Positions 25,073 through 33,697 of a stretch of 49,805 nucleotides of DNA are shown here, piece after piece. A model generated the notes under the pieces. That model did no database searches, was not told the DNA's origin, and saw only the letters and a list, made by a program, of their open reading frames with translations. Positions within the stretch are counted from its first letter, which is position 1; every line of letters begins with the position of its first letter. This stretch comes from an uncultured archaeon (GTDB lineage: Archaea; Iainarchaeota; Iainarchaeia; JAADDC01). The position numbers were made by a program, and so were the translations under genes. The DNA lies in the NCBI GenBank assembly GCA_964451455.1, contig CAYVHT010000002.1, forward strand, positions 1 through 49,805, given 5' to 3'.

Positions 25073-25360
25073 GTGCGCGCGGTTCTTGCTGCGGTTGCCT
25101 TACTCTTCTTCATGTTGTTCGCATCTCTCGCTCTATACGTCTCTGACCCTGTGGCTTCGGGCGTCTTCGTTCGGGTCTGTGGCCATGTTGTCGGTGTGAG
25201 GCACCTGAATCACGGCTGCGCATACACGATCATCTCTTCTGGCCACGTGTATACTGTTCTGGACTTTTACAGGTCCTGTTCCGGTGTCAGCAAAACCTGC
25301 TTCATGGGCAGGCTCGTAGGAGATGGTGAGGATACAGTATACTGTCCATTCTTTGGCTGA
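25073..25360 (+). CDS. small hypothetical protein with N-terminal TM/signal segment
   Basis: ORF track, GTG start directly after the peptidase stop. N-terminus MRAVLAAVALLFFMLFASLALYV. Confidence 0.4.
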   Translation: MRAVLAAVALLFFMLFASLALYVSDPVASGVFVRVCGHVVGVRHLNHGCAYTIISSGHVYTVLDFYRSCSGVSKTCFMGRLVGDGEDTVYCPFFG

Positions 25361-26429
25361 GGCGCTCTTTGCCGGCATCTTTGGCATCCTTCCTGCATAT
25401 CATCCCATTCTCTTATCATTTTCGCGTCCGGAGTTTGCTGTTTTCACATACTTTTTCTACTATGTTGTCTCCGGCCCGATGTCTTTCTTGCTCGGCGCGT
25501 ATTCGTCCGTTGTTCTTTTCTCTCGATTGGCTGCCCACTCACTCGTGGTGTCTGGACGGACTGAGCGTGCTGTTTTCTTGTATCTCGCGGGTTTTCTTGG
25601 TGGCCTTCTTCTCTCTTTTCTTTACTATCCAGTGTCAGGCATATTTTCACTCCATGTGCCACATCTTGTCATTTTTTCCATTCTCTTTGTAGCAGCTCTT
25701 CTTCTTATCTGGCGTTCGGAGTGCAGGTTACGGGCGCTTTTGGTCTTTCTTCTCTCGGCGTGCTGGGGTGTTGCTCTCCTAACTTCTGTGAATCCTGTTC
25801 GTAATCCCTTGCAGGTTGGGGTTTCTGGGATTTTTGGTCTCGGTGCAGTTCTACCTTCTGTTTTCTCCAAGCGCCGGCTTTCATACCATGCGATTAACGA
25901 TACATCTGTTCCCTATGCAGGGATCGTATTTGGGATTCTAGCAGCGCTTCTTGTCGCATATTTTCCAGCTCTATCTCCCGCGGTGGCCGCGTTGTTCGTT
26001 CGACTTTTTGTCCGCTTGGATTCGGACGGTGTTGTGGCTGCATCGGGTTCTACAGCGTCATCTGCTCTGGTGTTTTCTATGTACTCTCGCCGTTATGGGT
26101 TGGTGCGCTCCTCCCTTGCGGCTCAGCTCCCCGACAGCTTTTCCGTCGTTTCTCTTGCACCGTACTTGATTTTGGCCGTGGCTCTTGGAGCCATTTTTGT
26201 CTGGATTGTATTTCCCTTGCTTTATCGCATATATTCTAGACGCTTTGCACGGGCCACCGCAGTTTTATTCATTGCGGTGTTTATTCTTGCTCTTTTTGGA
26301 TGGCCTGCCCTGTTTGCAGCCCTTGCGGGAGCTGCCCTGTCTATTTTTGCGAGAAGCCTCGGTGTGGATCAGAGTGTTCTCATGGCGTTCCTAATTGTTC
26401 CTACCATGCTCTACTATGCTCCCATGTAG
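25323..26429 (+). CDS. polytopic membrane protein (368 aa), function unknown
   Basis: ORF track. About 10 hydrophobic helices. Same strand as, and contiguous with, the pilus locus. Confidence 0.6.
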   Translation: MVRIQYTVHSLAEALFAGIFGILPAYHPILLSFSRPEFAVFTYFFYYVVSGPMSFLLGAYSSVVLFSRLAAHSLVVSGRTERAVFLYLAGFLGGLLLSFLYYPVSGIFSLHVPHLVIFSILFVAALLLIWRSECRLRALLVFLLSACWGVALLTSVNPVRNPLQVGVSGIFGLGAVLPSVFSKRRLSYHAINDTSVPYAGIVFGILAALLVAYFPALSPAVAALFVRLFVRLDSDGVVAASGSTASSALVFSMYSRRYGLVRSSLAAQLPDSFSVVSLAPYLILAVALGAIFVWIVFPLLYRIYSRRFARATAVLFIAVFILALFGWPALFAALAGAALSIFARSLGVDQSVLMAFLIVPTMLYYAPM

Positions 26430-28171
26430 TAGTATTGGCCTTTCTTCTTTTGCTCCCTGTCTTTCTGCGATCCTGGCTTGTTCACGCGCGGCCGGCCTGT
26501 GGTCGGGTCTCTCCTGAACGTAATTCCTAGATCCCTTAAGAACTGGTTCATTCCGTCTGCCATATGGAGCGGGGCGGATGCGTGTCCCTCCACGCTCGGT
26601 TCGCCGGAGAAGACGATGAGCCTGTCTGCTAGGTAGTCAATCATTGCCACGTCGTGCTCTACGACGAACGCAGCCTTCTTTTTGGAAGCTATCACTCGCT
26701 TTATGGTTTTTGTTGCGGAAAGGCGCTGGTCGACGTCCAGAAATGCAGAAGGCTCGTCCAGTAGATATATGTCGGCGTCCTTTGCCAGACATAATGCTAT
26801 TGCAACCCTTTGTCTCTCTCCACCCGATAGTTCCGATGCTTTGCTGTCCCAGAGTTCGTCCAGTTCAAATGCCCGCCTAAGCTCTGTTCTAAGAAGCTCC
26901 TGGTCGATGTCCTTGGCGTTGAATAGGTCTCTGACGACAGTATCCCCAAAGTTGATGTATTGCGGCTTGTAGGAGATTTTGAGACTGTGGCTTATCTCTG
27001 TGTTGTCTGGCTTCAATTCTCCCGCCAGCATTCGCACAAAAGTAGTTTTTCCCGTCCCATTTCTTCCTAGGATGCCTATGATCTCGCCCTCTTTTATCTC
27101 TCCCGCTTCTGCAGTCATGTGGAAGTCTCCGAGTTTCTTCTCTAGTGCTGGATATGACAGATAGGTCTTTCCAGTCCACTCTCCGGGAGGGCGGACTTCA
27201 AAGCGTATGGGTTCGTCTCGAATCTTCATGTTCTCTTCCTTGAGCACGCCGTCCAAGAACTGGTTAATGCCTTCTCGCACGCCCTTGTAGCCCGAGAAAA
27301 TACCGTATGCACCCGGCTTGCCGTATACGATGAAAACGCCATCGGATATGTAGTCTAGAACGGCCAGATCATGCTCAACGGTCATTACGTCTGCGTTCTC
27401 TGCGATCGAACGTATAATCTTGGCCACCTTTAACCTCTGGTAGATGTCTAGGTACGAGGTGGGCTCGTCAAAGAAGTATATGTCCGCCTTCTTCATGTAT
27501 GCTGCTGCTAGGGCTACTAGCTGCAATTCTCCCCCTGATAGTTTTGATATGTCTCTATCCGCGATTTTTTCTAGCCCAAAGAGCTCCACCACTTCGTCTA
27601 CTCTTTCATTGTCTACTCTAGAGAGAAGGGCTCTCACTGTCCCCTTGAACAGCTTTGGGATTGGTTCTATCTCTTGTGGCTTGTACGAGATTGTTACGCC
27701 CTTTTCTTTCAGATCTTGGAAGTATCCTTGGAGCTCCGTCCCCTTGAAATGATCAATGACTTTATCCCACGTTGCCTCTTCGTCAAACTTTCCGAAATTC
27801 GGAACAAGTTGCCCAGAAAGGATCTTTATTGCAGTGCTCTTTCCCGTCCCATTTCTTCCTAGGATGCCTATGACTTTGCCCTCTCTTGGATACGGGAGGC
27901 CGTATATGCGGAACATGTTTGGTCCGTACTGGTGTACGGGTGTTCCGACCTCTTCAGGCAGATTTACGATTGTTATGGCACCGAAAGGGCATTTTTTCAC
28001 GCAGAGCCCGCAGCCTATGCAGAGGGTTTCACTTATTCGCGGTTTTCCATCTGTATCATCAATGGTTATGGCGGGATCTCCACCGCTACGGTTGACTGGG
28101 CAGATGTGTGCGCAGGCATAGCCACACTTCTCTGGTTTGCACTTGTCGTAATTGATTACTGCAACTCGCAT
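26414..28171 (-). CDS. abce1: ABCE1 / RNase L inhibitor (ribosome recycling ATPase)
   Basis: N-terminal 4Fe-4S ferredoxin motifs (CGYACAHICP; CIGCGLCVKKCP). Two ABC modules (GRNGTGKST / GRNGTGKTT; LSGGELQ / LSGGERQ). Confidence 0.95.
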   Translation of the reverse strand: MRVAVINYDKCKPEKCGYACAHICPVNRSGGDPAITIDDTDGKPRISETLCIGCGLCVKKCPFGAITIVNLPEEVGTPVHQYGPNMFRIYGLPYPREGKVIGILGRNGTGKSTAIKILSGQLVPNFGKFDEEATWDKVIDHFKGTELQGYFQDLKEKGVTISYKPQEIEPIPKLFKGTVRALLSRVDNERVDEVVELFGLEKIADRDISKLSGGELQLVALAAAYMKKADIYFFDEPTSYLDIYQRLKVAKIIRSIAENADVMTVEHDLAVLDYISDGVFIVYGKPGAYGIFSGYKGVREGINQFLDGVLKEENMKIRDEPIRFEVRPPGEWTGKTYLSYPALEKKLGDFHMTAEAGEIKEGEIIGILGRNGTGKTTFVRMLAGELKPDNTEISHSLKISYKPQYINFGDTVVRDLFNAKDIDQELLRTELRRAFELDELWDSKASELSGGERQRVAIALCLAKDADIYLLDEPSAFLDVDQRLSATKTIKRVIASKKKAAFVVEHDVAMIDYLADRLIVFSGEPSVEGHASAPLHMADGMNQFLRDLGITFRRDPTTGRPRVNKPGSQKDREQKKKGQYYYMGA

Positions 28172-28172
28172 G

Positions 28173-28376
28173 CTACCAGGCCGTTATGAAGAGAATTCCT
28201 ACCACGACGAGCAGGACGCCTACGCCGGCGATGCCCCCGATGATCATATCCTTGAGCGTGTATAGGAGCGTGGTCCAAAGCGTCCCTCCGCTGAGGTATG
28301 CTTCTGCAGCCCATGCTACGCCAAAGAGAATAAGCCCGATGAGTATGGTGATTATCCCGTCCTTGTCCACTTGCAT
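28173..28376 (-). CDS. small two-TM membrane protein (67 aa) immediately upstream of abce1
   Basis: Internal ATG 28376 (MQVDKDGIITILIGLILFGVAWAA...IAGVGVLLVVVGILFITAW). The track start 28523 would overlap pelota. The stop is 1 nt before the abce1 start. Confidence 0.55.
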   Translation of the reverse strand: MQVDKDGIITILIGLILFGVAWAAEAYLSGGTLWTTLLYTLKDMIIGGIAGVGVLLVVVGILFITAW

Positions 28377-28407
28377 GATAAAATATGTTTCCGTTTTTGT
28401 TTTAAAC
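28377..28407. promoter_or_regulatory. 31-nt divergent spacer with two crossed TATA-like boxes (leaderless geometry)
   Basis: ATAAAATAT (28378-28386) lies 26 nt before ATG 28408. TTTTAAA (28400-28406) lies 27 nt before ATG 28376 on the minus strand. Confidence 0.45.
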
Positions 28408-29427
28408 ATGCAGCTGGTCTTTGTGGACCGAAAGAATAAAAGCTTCTCCGTGGTTCCCGAGACGTTGGAGGATCTCTGGGTGCTCGAAAAAGCCATAGAG
28501 CCAGGGGATGAGGTAGAAGGCACTGTGCTGCGCAGGATTAAACGAGAAGGCGAGAGGGGCTCGGGGGAGGTGCGTAAGGTCTTCGTGCGCCTTCGCGTTG
28601 AAGACGTGAAGTTCCACGAGTATTCTGGCGCTTTAAGGGTTGTGGGCGTCGTTGTTGAGGCACGTCCAGAGGACGTTGTTGGAAAGGGGAAGCATCAGAC
28701 GTTGGAGCTGCGTACTGGTCGAAGTATTGTGGTTCGCAAGGCTACCTGGTCTGATTACATACTTGATCAGATCCGCCAAGCCGTGAACGAGTCTCAAAAA
28801 CCGAGGGTGCTCTTAGTCTCTATGGACGACGAGGCTGCGACGATATTTGTTCTCTCACAATCTCTACGCCGTCTCGCAGTTGTTCGGAATCCTCGTCGCG
28901 GTAAGAGACTTGGTTCTGGAGATTTTTCTGAGTATTATGGACAGGTTTACCGTGTTGTTGAGGATTCTGAGCCCGAGATCGTTCTAGTTGGCGGCCCTGG
29001 CTTCTTCTATGAAGAGTTCATCCGTTTTGCCCAATCTAAGGGTTCAAAGAAGCGATTCATTGGCGTCAGGACGTCTATGGCTGGTACGAAGGGAATCCAC
29101 GAGCTCGTTGCGGACCGATTAGACTCAGTTCTTAGGGATCACCACCTCGCTCAGATTTCTCACGCCCTTGAGGAGTTCTTACGGCGGCTGGCGAAAGGGG
29201 AACCCGTGGCGGTGGGGGATGAAGTGACGGCTTACGCGCAACAGGGGGCCGTGGATACGATTCTCATGCATGAGGACTACTTTCTGAAGAACCGCGAGGA
29301 TGCCAGGGCTATTCTGGACGCGGTAAAGAATGGTGGCGGCAGGATATTCATAGTCCCGCGGGGTTTTTCCTCGGCATCTGTCGTTGAAAAGATGGGGGGG
29401 ATGGTGGCGCTTCTACGCTACCGTTAG
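28408..29427 (+). CDS. pelA: Pelota (aPelota/Dom34 homolog, mRNA surveillance/ribosome rescue)
   Basis: MQLVFVDRKNKSFSVVPETLEDLWVLEKAIEPGDEV... and C-terminal eRF1-like domains (GGPGFFYEEF; GGMVALLRY). Start at internal ATG 28408. Confidence 0.9.
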   Translation: MQLVFVDRKNKSFSVVPETLEDLWVLEKAIEPGDEVEGTVLRRIKREGERGSGEVRKVFVRLRVEDVKFHEYSGALRVVGVVVEARPEDVVGKGKHQTLELRTGRSIVVRKATWSDYILDQIRQAVNESQKPRVLLVSMDDEAATIFVLSQSLRRLAVVRNPRRGKRLGSGDFSEYYGQVYRVVEDSEPEIVLVGGPGFFYEEFIRFAQSKGSKKRFIGVRTSMAGTKGIHELVADRLDSVLRDHHLAQISHALEEFLRRLAKGEPVAVGDEVTAYAQQGAVDTILMHEDYFLKNREDARAILDAVKNGGGRIFIVPRGFSSASVVEKMGGMVALLRYR

Positions 29428-29687
29428 AACGTTTCCTCGTATTCCTTTAAGAATTCCGCACCTTTCTTTGAAAGCCAGACTTTCTCGCCGTCTCCTTCGA
29501 TTACTCCAAGTGTTTTGAGTACGTAGAGAGCGTAAGCGATGTCATCATCTGTTAGCTTGCTGTATTTCTCGTGGATCTCGTCTATGCTGTGTGGGTCCTG
29601 CAAGTATTTTACCAGTTCCATGAGTATTTTTGACTTCGGTATGTCTGCTGCCCACGGGTTGTCCATAACAAACTCTTCCATGCTCAT
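29424..29687 (-). CDS. small hypothetical protein (87 aa), possibly winged-helix
   Basis: ORF track. 4-nt overlaps at both ends. ...IAYALYVLKTLGVIEGDGEKVWLSKKG resembles a wing region. Confidence 0.5.
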   Translation of the reverse strand: MSMEEFVMDNPWAADIPKSKILMELVKYLQDPHSIDEIHEKYSKLTDDDIAYALYVLKTLGVIEGDGEKVWLSKKGAEFLKEYEETF

Positions 29688-30436
29688 TTTCCGACCACCA
29701 TGGCGAGCAGCGTCATTATGGGCTGGAGAATTGGTGCAGACACCGGAACGCCCCAGCGGAGGGCACCCATATCGTTCCTTATGCTCGGCGTGAATACTAG
29801 CGTTACGGTTTTCTTTATCTGATCGCCGCTACCCATGTCTGTTATTCGCAGATCCATAGTGTATATCCCCGGGAAGGGATAGGATACGGGGTATTCTATG
29901 AGTTTTGCCTTTTCTGTGGCTATGTGGACTGTGCTTTCTGTGCAGTATGGCTTTCCAAGGCTACAGTTTATGGAAACGTCTGTTTCCCCTATAGACTTGC
30001 TCTTTATAAGTGTCTTTATCTTGGCGTAGTCCCCAGCCTCTGCGATCGTTTGGGGGTTTCCGATCTCAGCAGACAAGAGGCCGTTGGCTATAAGGATTGC
30101 TGGACAGAACGTTTCGGCGGATGATTGTCCGTATGTGGTAATGCAGACGTGTTTTGCACCCAGCTGCACGTCTTTTGGTATCGTTATGTATATGTACATT
30201 CGATCTCCCGAGATCTCCACTCGATATGGCCAGTTTCTATCTAACTTTGCACCGATCCATGGGTCATTCTGTGGCCCGCGGTCTATTATGATGCTTAGCG
30301 TGTGCCCAGGGGCGATCGTGCCGATGCTGTAGCTTTCCCCATCTCCAAATACGTGTGCGACGGGATAGTACATCTGTACGGCAAGAGCCGAGCTAATTGC
30401 CATCAGCAATGCTGCGAATACGCTCCAATACCTCAT
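29684..30436 (-). CDS. secreted protein with N-terminal signal peptide and C-terminal hydrophobic anchor (250 aa)
   Basis: N-terminus MRYWSVFAALLMAISSALA/VQ. C-terminus ...VPVSAPILQPIMTLLAMVVGK-COOH (motif, short TM, terminal Lys). Confidence 0.6.
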   Translation of the reverse strand: MRYWSVFAALLMAISSALAVQMYYPVAHVFGDGESYSIGTIAPGHTLSIIIDRGPQNDPWIGAKLDRNWPYRVEISGDRMYIYITIPKDVQLGAKHVCITTYGQSSAETFCPAILIANGLLSAEIGNPQTIAEAGDYAKIKTLIKSKSIGETDVSINCSLGKPYCTESTVHIATEKAKLIEYPVSYPFPGIYTMDLRITDMGSGDQIKKTVTLVFTPSIRNDMGALRWGVPVSAPILQPIMTLLAMVVGK

Positions 30437-30782
30437 CTACATCCCCCCTTATTTCTACCCAGATTGGCGGCACGGCGCTATCCTCCCCGTAGGATATACG
30501 CCCTACGGTTAATGGATCTCTTTCCAGCGGGAATACAATGGAATCTCCTTTCTTTCGCGATTTAAATAGAAAGTACGTTCTGGCGGCTATTTTTTCCCGG
30601 GATATTGCCCGTATTAGTGAGTCCACGGCGTCTTCTCCACCTTCAGCAACTATTTTATCGTCATATTCTGTGACAGACACATCTCCAAATACTTTGCGTA
30701 TTGCTGCTGCTATCCTTTCCCGGGATTCCGTGGGAAGCACGTTGCAGACGATAGTCACGCTAAGAGATGGCATTGAATACAC
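30393..30782 (-). CDS. hypothetical protein (129 aa)
   Basis: ORF track. Lies between the second secretion ATPase and the secreted protein. No motif recognised with confidence. Confidence 0.5.
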   Translation of the reverse strand: MYSMPSLSVTIVCNVLPTESRERIAAAIRKVFGDVSVTEYDDKIVAEGGEDAVDSLIRAISREKIAARTYFLFKSRKKGDSIVFPLERDPLTVGRISYGEDSAVPPIWVEIRGDVDEVLERIRSIADGN

Positions 30783-32289
30783 CCTCCGGGTCGCTATAAT
30801 ATGCGCTTATGAGCTTTATTAGCTCTTGCCTGTTCTTCACATGGTTTACTGCCCAACGGATTACTCTTTCGCGTCTTACAATTTCTATGTTGATCTCTTT
30901 CTTTGTGAGGCCCGTAATCTCGGCAAGTTCGTCTATCGTATGGGCAGGTACGTCTGTTCTGACGATCTTCCCTGCTCGTGGATCCCATTTGAATATGTCC
31001 GAGAGCAGTACCTGCTCGTCCATCCTCCCGACTTCTGCCACTTCCATGACCCTTCTGACAATTCCGCTAGGCGTTCTTATCCTGTGCTGGACGACAATTA
31101 GGTTCATCAGCGGTAGTAGGTCTTCTGGGACGTTCATAGGTGCGGATCTCAAGCGTATCAACACCTCCCTCGCGCTATTTGCGTGGAGCGTCCCCATTGT
31201 TCCCTGGTGGCCCACGTCCATCGCCACGAAGAGGGTTTCTGCTTCTGCTCCACGTACCTCCCCCACTATGATGCGGTCCGGGCGCATGCGCAGGGCGTTC
31301 TTTAACAGGTCATTCATGGTTACTGCAGGGGTGTCTTGCGTGGGCGGTCTTGTGATGAGCGGAATCCAGTTTTCGTGCATGGGCAAGTCTAGTTCTTTGG
31401 TATCCTCCACCGTGATAATTCTTTGGTCTAGAGGGATGAAGTCTAGGAGCGCGTTGAGCGTTGTAGTCTTTCCTGCGCCTGCGCCGCCGGCGATCAGTAT
31501 GTTTCTGGGGGCTACCTCGAACCCCTCCACAGCCACCCAGAGAAATGCAGCCACTTCAGAGGGAAGCGTTCCATTCCGTATGATATCTACTAACGTGAAC
31601 GGGGTTTGCTTGAACTTTCTTATCGTTATTGTTGGCCCTCTAACAGATATTGGTGGAATTGTCGCGTTAAATCGGTCGCCGTTGGGCAAGTGTGCGTCTA
31701 GCAGCGGATTTTTTTCTGAGATTTTTCTGTTGGCCCATGTTGCTACCTTTTTGATTGTTTCTATTATCTTCTCGCGCGAAAGGACGATGTTCGTTTTGCA
31801 CATTCCTATTTTTCGGTGATAGACAAAGATCGGAAGATTTTCACCATTTACCATGATCTCTTCGAGGTCATCGTCCTCCAAGATGTCCTCTAGCGGCCCC
31901 ATCCCGAAGACCTCGTTTGCTATATGCTCAGCCACCCATTTTATGTTCTTCACGGGAAACTTAGATATGTACTCGCCCAGAATTGCTACGATCTGCTTCT
32001 TTTCTTCTTCTTTAGGGAGTTTGCTGAATGCTTGCGGCGGAATTTTCAATAATACTTCGTCGCGGAATGTGTTCTTGAAAAGTTCCTCGTATTCTTTCTC
32101 TAGATGCTTGAACTTGACGTAAACAATAGAGTTCTTCTTTTTGAGAACGTCTATGATTGTTCGGACTAGCTCGTCCTCTTCGGGGGTGAGAATGCGCTGT
32201 TTTATCACGTATTCGGGGTAGGGCCAACCCGCAATGATCTCGGCGTACTTTGATTCGGCGAGTGTTTTTTGGGCGCCCGGCATATCCAT
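30760..32289 (-). CDS. second type IV pilus/archaellum-type secretion ATPase (VirB11/PilB/ArlI family)
   Basis: Walker A IAGGAGAGKTTTLNAL, RIITVEDTKEL, RMRPDRIIVGEVR, HQGTMGTLHAN. Confidence 0.9.
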   Translation of the reverse strand: MDMPGAQKTLAESKYAEIIAGWPYPEYVIKQRILTPEEDELVRTIIDVLKKKNSIVYVKFKHLEKEYEELFKNTFRDEVLLKIPPQAFSKLPKEEEKKQIVAILGEYISKFPVKNIKWVAEHIANEVFGMGPLEDILEDDDLEEIMVNGENLPIFVYHRKIGMCKTNIVLSREKIIETIKKVATWANRKISEKNPLLDAHLPNGDRFNATIPPISVRGPTITIRKFKQTPFTLVDIIRNGTLPSEVAAFLWVAVEGFEVAPRNILIAGGAGAGKTTTLNALLDFIPLDQRIITVEDTKELDLPMHENWIPLITRPPTQDTPAVTMNDLLKNALRMRPDRIIVGEVRGAEAETLFVAMDVGHQGTMGTLHANSAREVLIRLRSAPMNVPEDLLPLMNLIVVQHRIRTPSGIVRRVMEVAEVGRMDEQVLLSDIFKWDPRAGKIVRTDVPAHTIDELAEITGLTKKEINIEIVRRERVIRWAVNHVKNRQELIKLISAYYSDPEGVFNAIS

Positions 32290-32320
32290 GCTTTAAATCA
32301 GGGATTACTACATTTTAAAC
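32290..32320. promoter_or_regulatory. 31-nt divergent spacer with two crossed TATA-like boxes
   Basis: TTTAAAT (32292-32298) lies 26 nt before GTG 32321. TTTTAAA (32313-32319) lies 27 nt before ATG 32289 on the minus strand. Confidence 0.45.
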
Positions 32321-33697
32321 GTGCCAGGGTATGACGATGTGTTCTCGGAGGTTCTTGCACGGGTTCGTCCCACCGAGGAAGAGCAGCGGCATATACTTTC
32401 CGTGGCGGACCGCGTCGTCTCTCAGATTCGTGATTATGGGGGTAGGTTCTCAGACGTTATCGTGGCTGGCTCTGCGGCCCGCGGAACGAATTTGCGGGGT
32501 TCTTCAGACGTTGATGTGTTCATAATATACCCCCGCGACGTGCCACGCAATGTAATGGAGGCGGAAGCACTGGAAATTGGCAAGTCTCTATCGTCCAAGT
32601 TCGAGATACGCTACGCGGAACACCCCTACGTTACGGTCTGGATAGAGGGTGTGGAGGTAGATGTTGTTCCTGCATATGAGATGCAACCAGGCCAAAATAT
32701 ACAAAGTGCTACGGACAGAACGCCACTACATCAGAGGTTTTTACAGGAGCGCTTCCCACCAGAGTTGAGGGATGACGTTCGCATTATGAAGGCATTTCTC
32801 AAGGGCATTGGCGTTTACGGTGCAGAGATTCGTGTAGAGGGTTTTTCAGGCTATTTGGTAGAGCTCCTCATTCTTCACTATGGCGGAGCTTTGCCGCTTC
32901 TCCGAGCTGCCGCTAACTGGAAGCCTCCAGTTTTTGTGGATATTCTCGACCACGCCAAGGCTAAGTTTGATGATCCGCTTGTGGTCATAGACCCTGTTGA
33001 TCCGTACCGTAACGTGGCATCTCCAGTATCTGTGCAATCCCTTGCCACATTCGTTGCGGCCGCCCGGGAATTTCTCGTACATCCTAGTCTCGAGTTTTTC
33101 TTCCCAGATCGGCAAATTCTTTCTCCAGACGACGTGAAGAGGGTATTTGTTCAGAGAAAAACCAAACCACTTTTCTTAATTGCTGGCTACCCGCCAGGGG
33201 TTTCCCCTGACATCGTTTGGGGTGAAATCAAGAGGAACCTCAGGATGATACACAAAAAATTGGAGCAATCTGGCTATTATGTGGTTCATTCGGGCGTCTG
33301 GACAGACGAGCTTGCTCATATTGTTTGGTACTTTGAAATCGCGGGTGGGTACGACGCTTTTGTTGAGACGCGCCAGGGTCCACCTGTGTTTGACCGTCAA
33401 AACAGTGAGCGCTTTCTTGAGAAGCACAAGGATGCATTTTTTGGCCCGTATATCCGATGGGAGCGTTGGTATGTGGACGTGATTCGTCCAGCCACTACTC
33501 CCGAGCTGGCTCTTTTATACATCGTTGAGGATATGAAACGGAGGGGCTCTTTCCGCAAGCACATCAGATCGTCTCTAGATATGGGTTACGAGATCCAGAA
33601 AGGGCGAGGCATCCTGGATTTTTACGTTAAAAACAGGGAATTTGCGCGCTGGCTGTCCTCTATGCTTGTTCCACGACCTCCTTGGTTAAAACGGTAG
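32321..33697 (+). CDS. cca: CCA-adding enzyme (archaeal class I tRNA nucleotidyltransferase)
   Basis: GSAARGTNLRGSSDVDVFI (nucleotidyltransferase motif), TDRTPLH, and GFSGYLVELLILHYG. Confidence 0.9.
   Translation: MPGYDDVFSEVLARVRPTEEEQRHILSVADRVVSQIRDYGGRFSDVIVAGSAARGTNLRGSSDVDVFIIYPRDVPRNVMEAEALEIGKSLSSKFEIRYAEHPYVTVWIEGVEVDVVPAYEMQPGQNIQSATDRTPLHQRFLQERFPPELRDDVRIMKAFLKGIGVYGAEIRVEGFSGYLVELLILHYGGALPLLRAAANWKPPVFVDILDHAKAKFDDPLVVIDPVDPYRNVASPVSVQSLATFVAAAREFLVHPSLEFFFPDRQILSPDDVKRVFVQRKTKPLFLIAGYPPGVSPDIVWGEIKRNLRMIHKKLEQSGYYVVHSGVWTDELAHIVWYFEIAGGYDAFVETRQGPPVFDRQNSERFLEKHKDAFFGPYIRWERWYVDVIRPATTPELALLYIVEDMKRRGSFRKHIRSSLDMGYEIQKGRGILDFYVKNREFARWLSSMLVPRPPWLKR

Noticed and set aside
28186-28523. 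N-terminal extensions of pelota (track start 28186) and of the small membrane ORF (track start 28523)
   Set aside because: The extensions overlap each other and abce1 and are low-complexity. Pelota homology begins at ATG 28408 and the TM protein at ATG 28376, each with a TATA-like box about 26 nt upstream.
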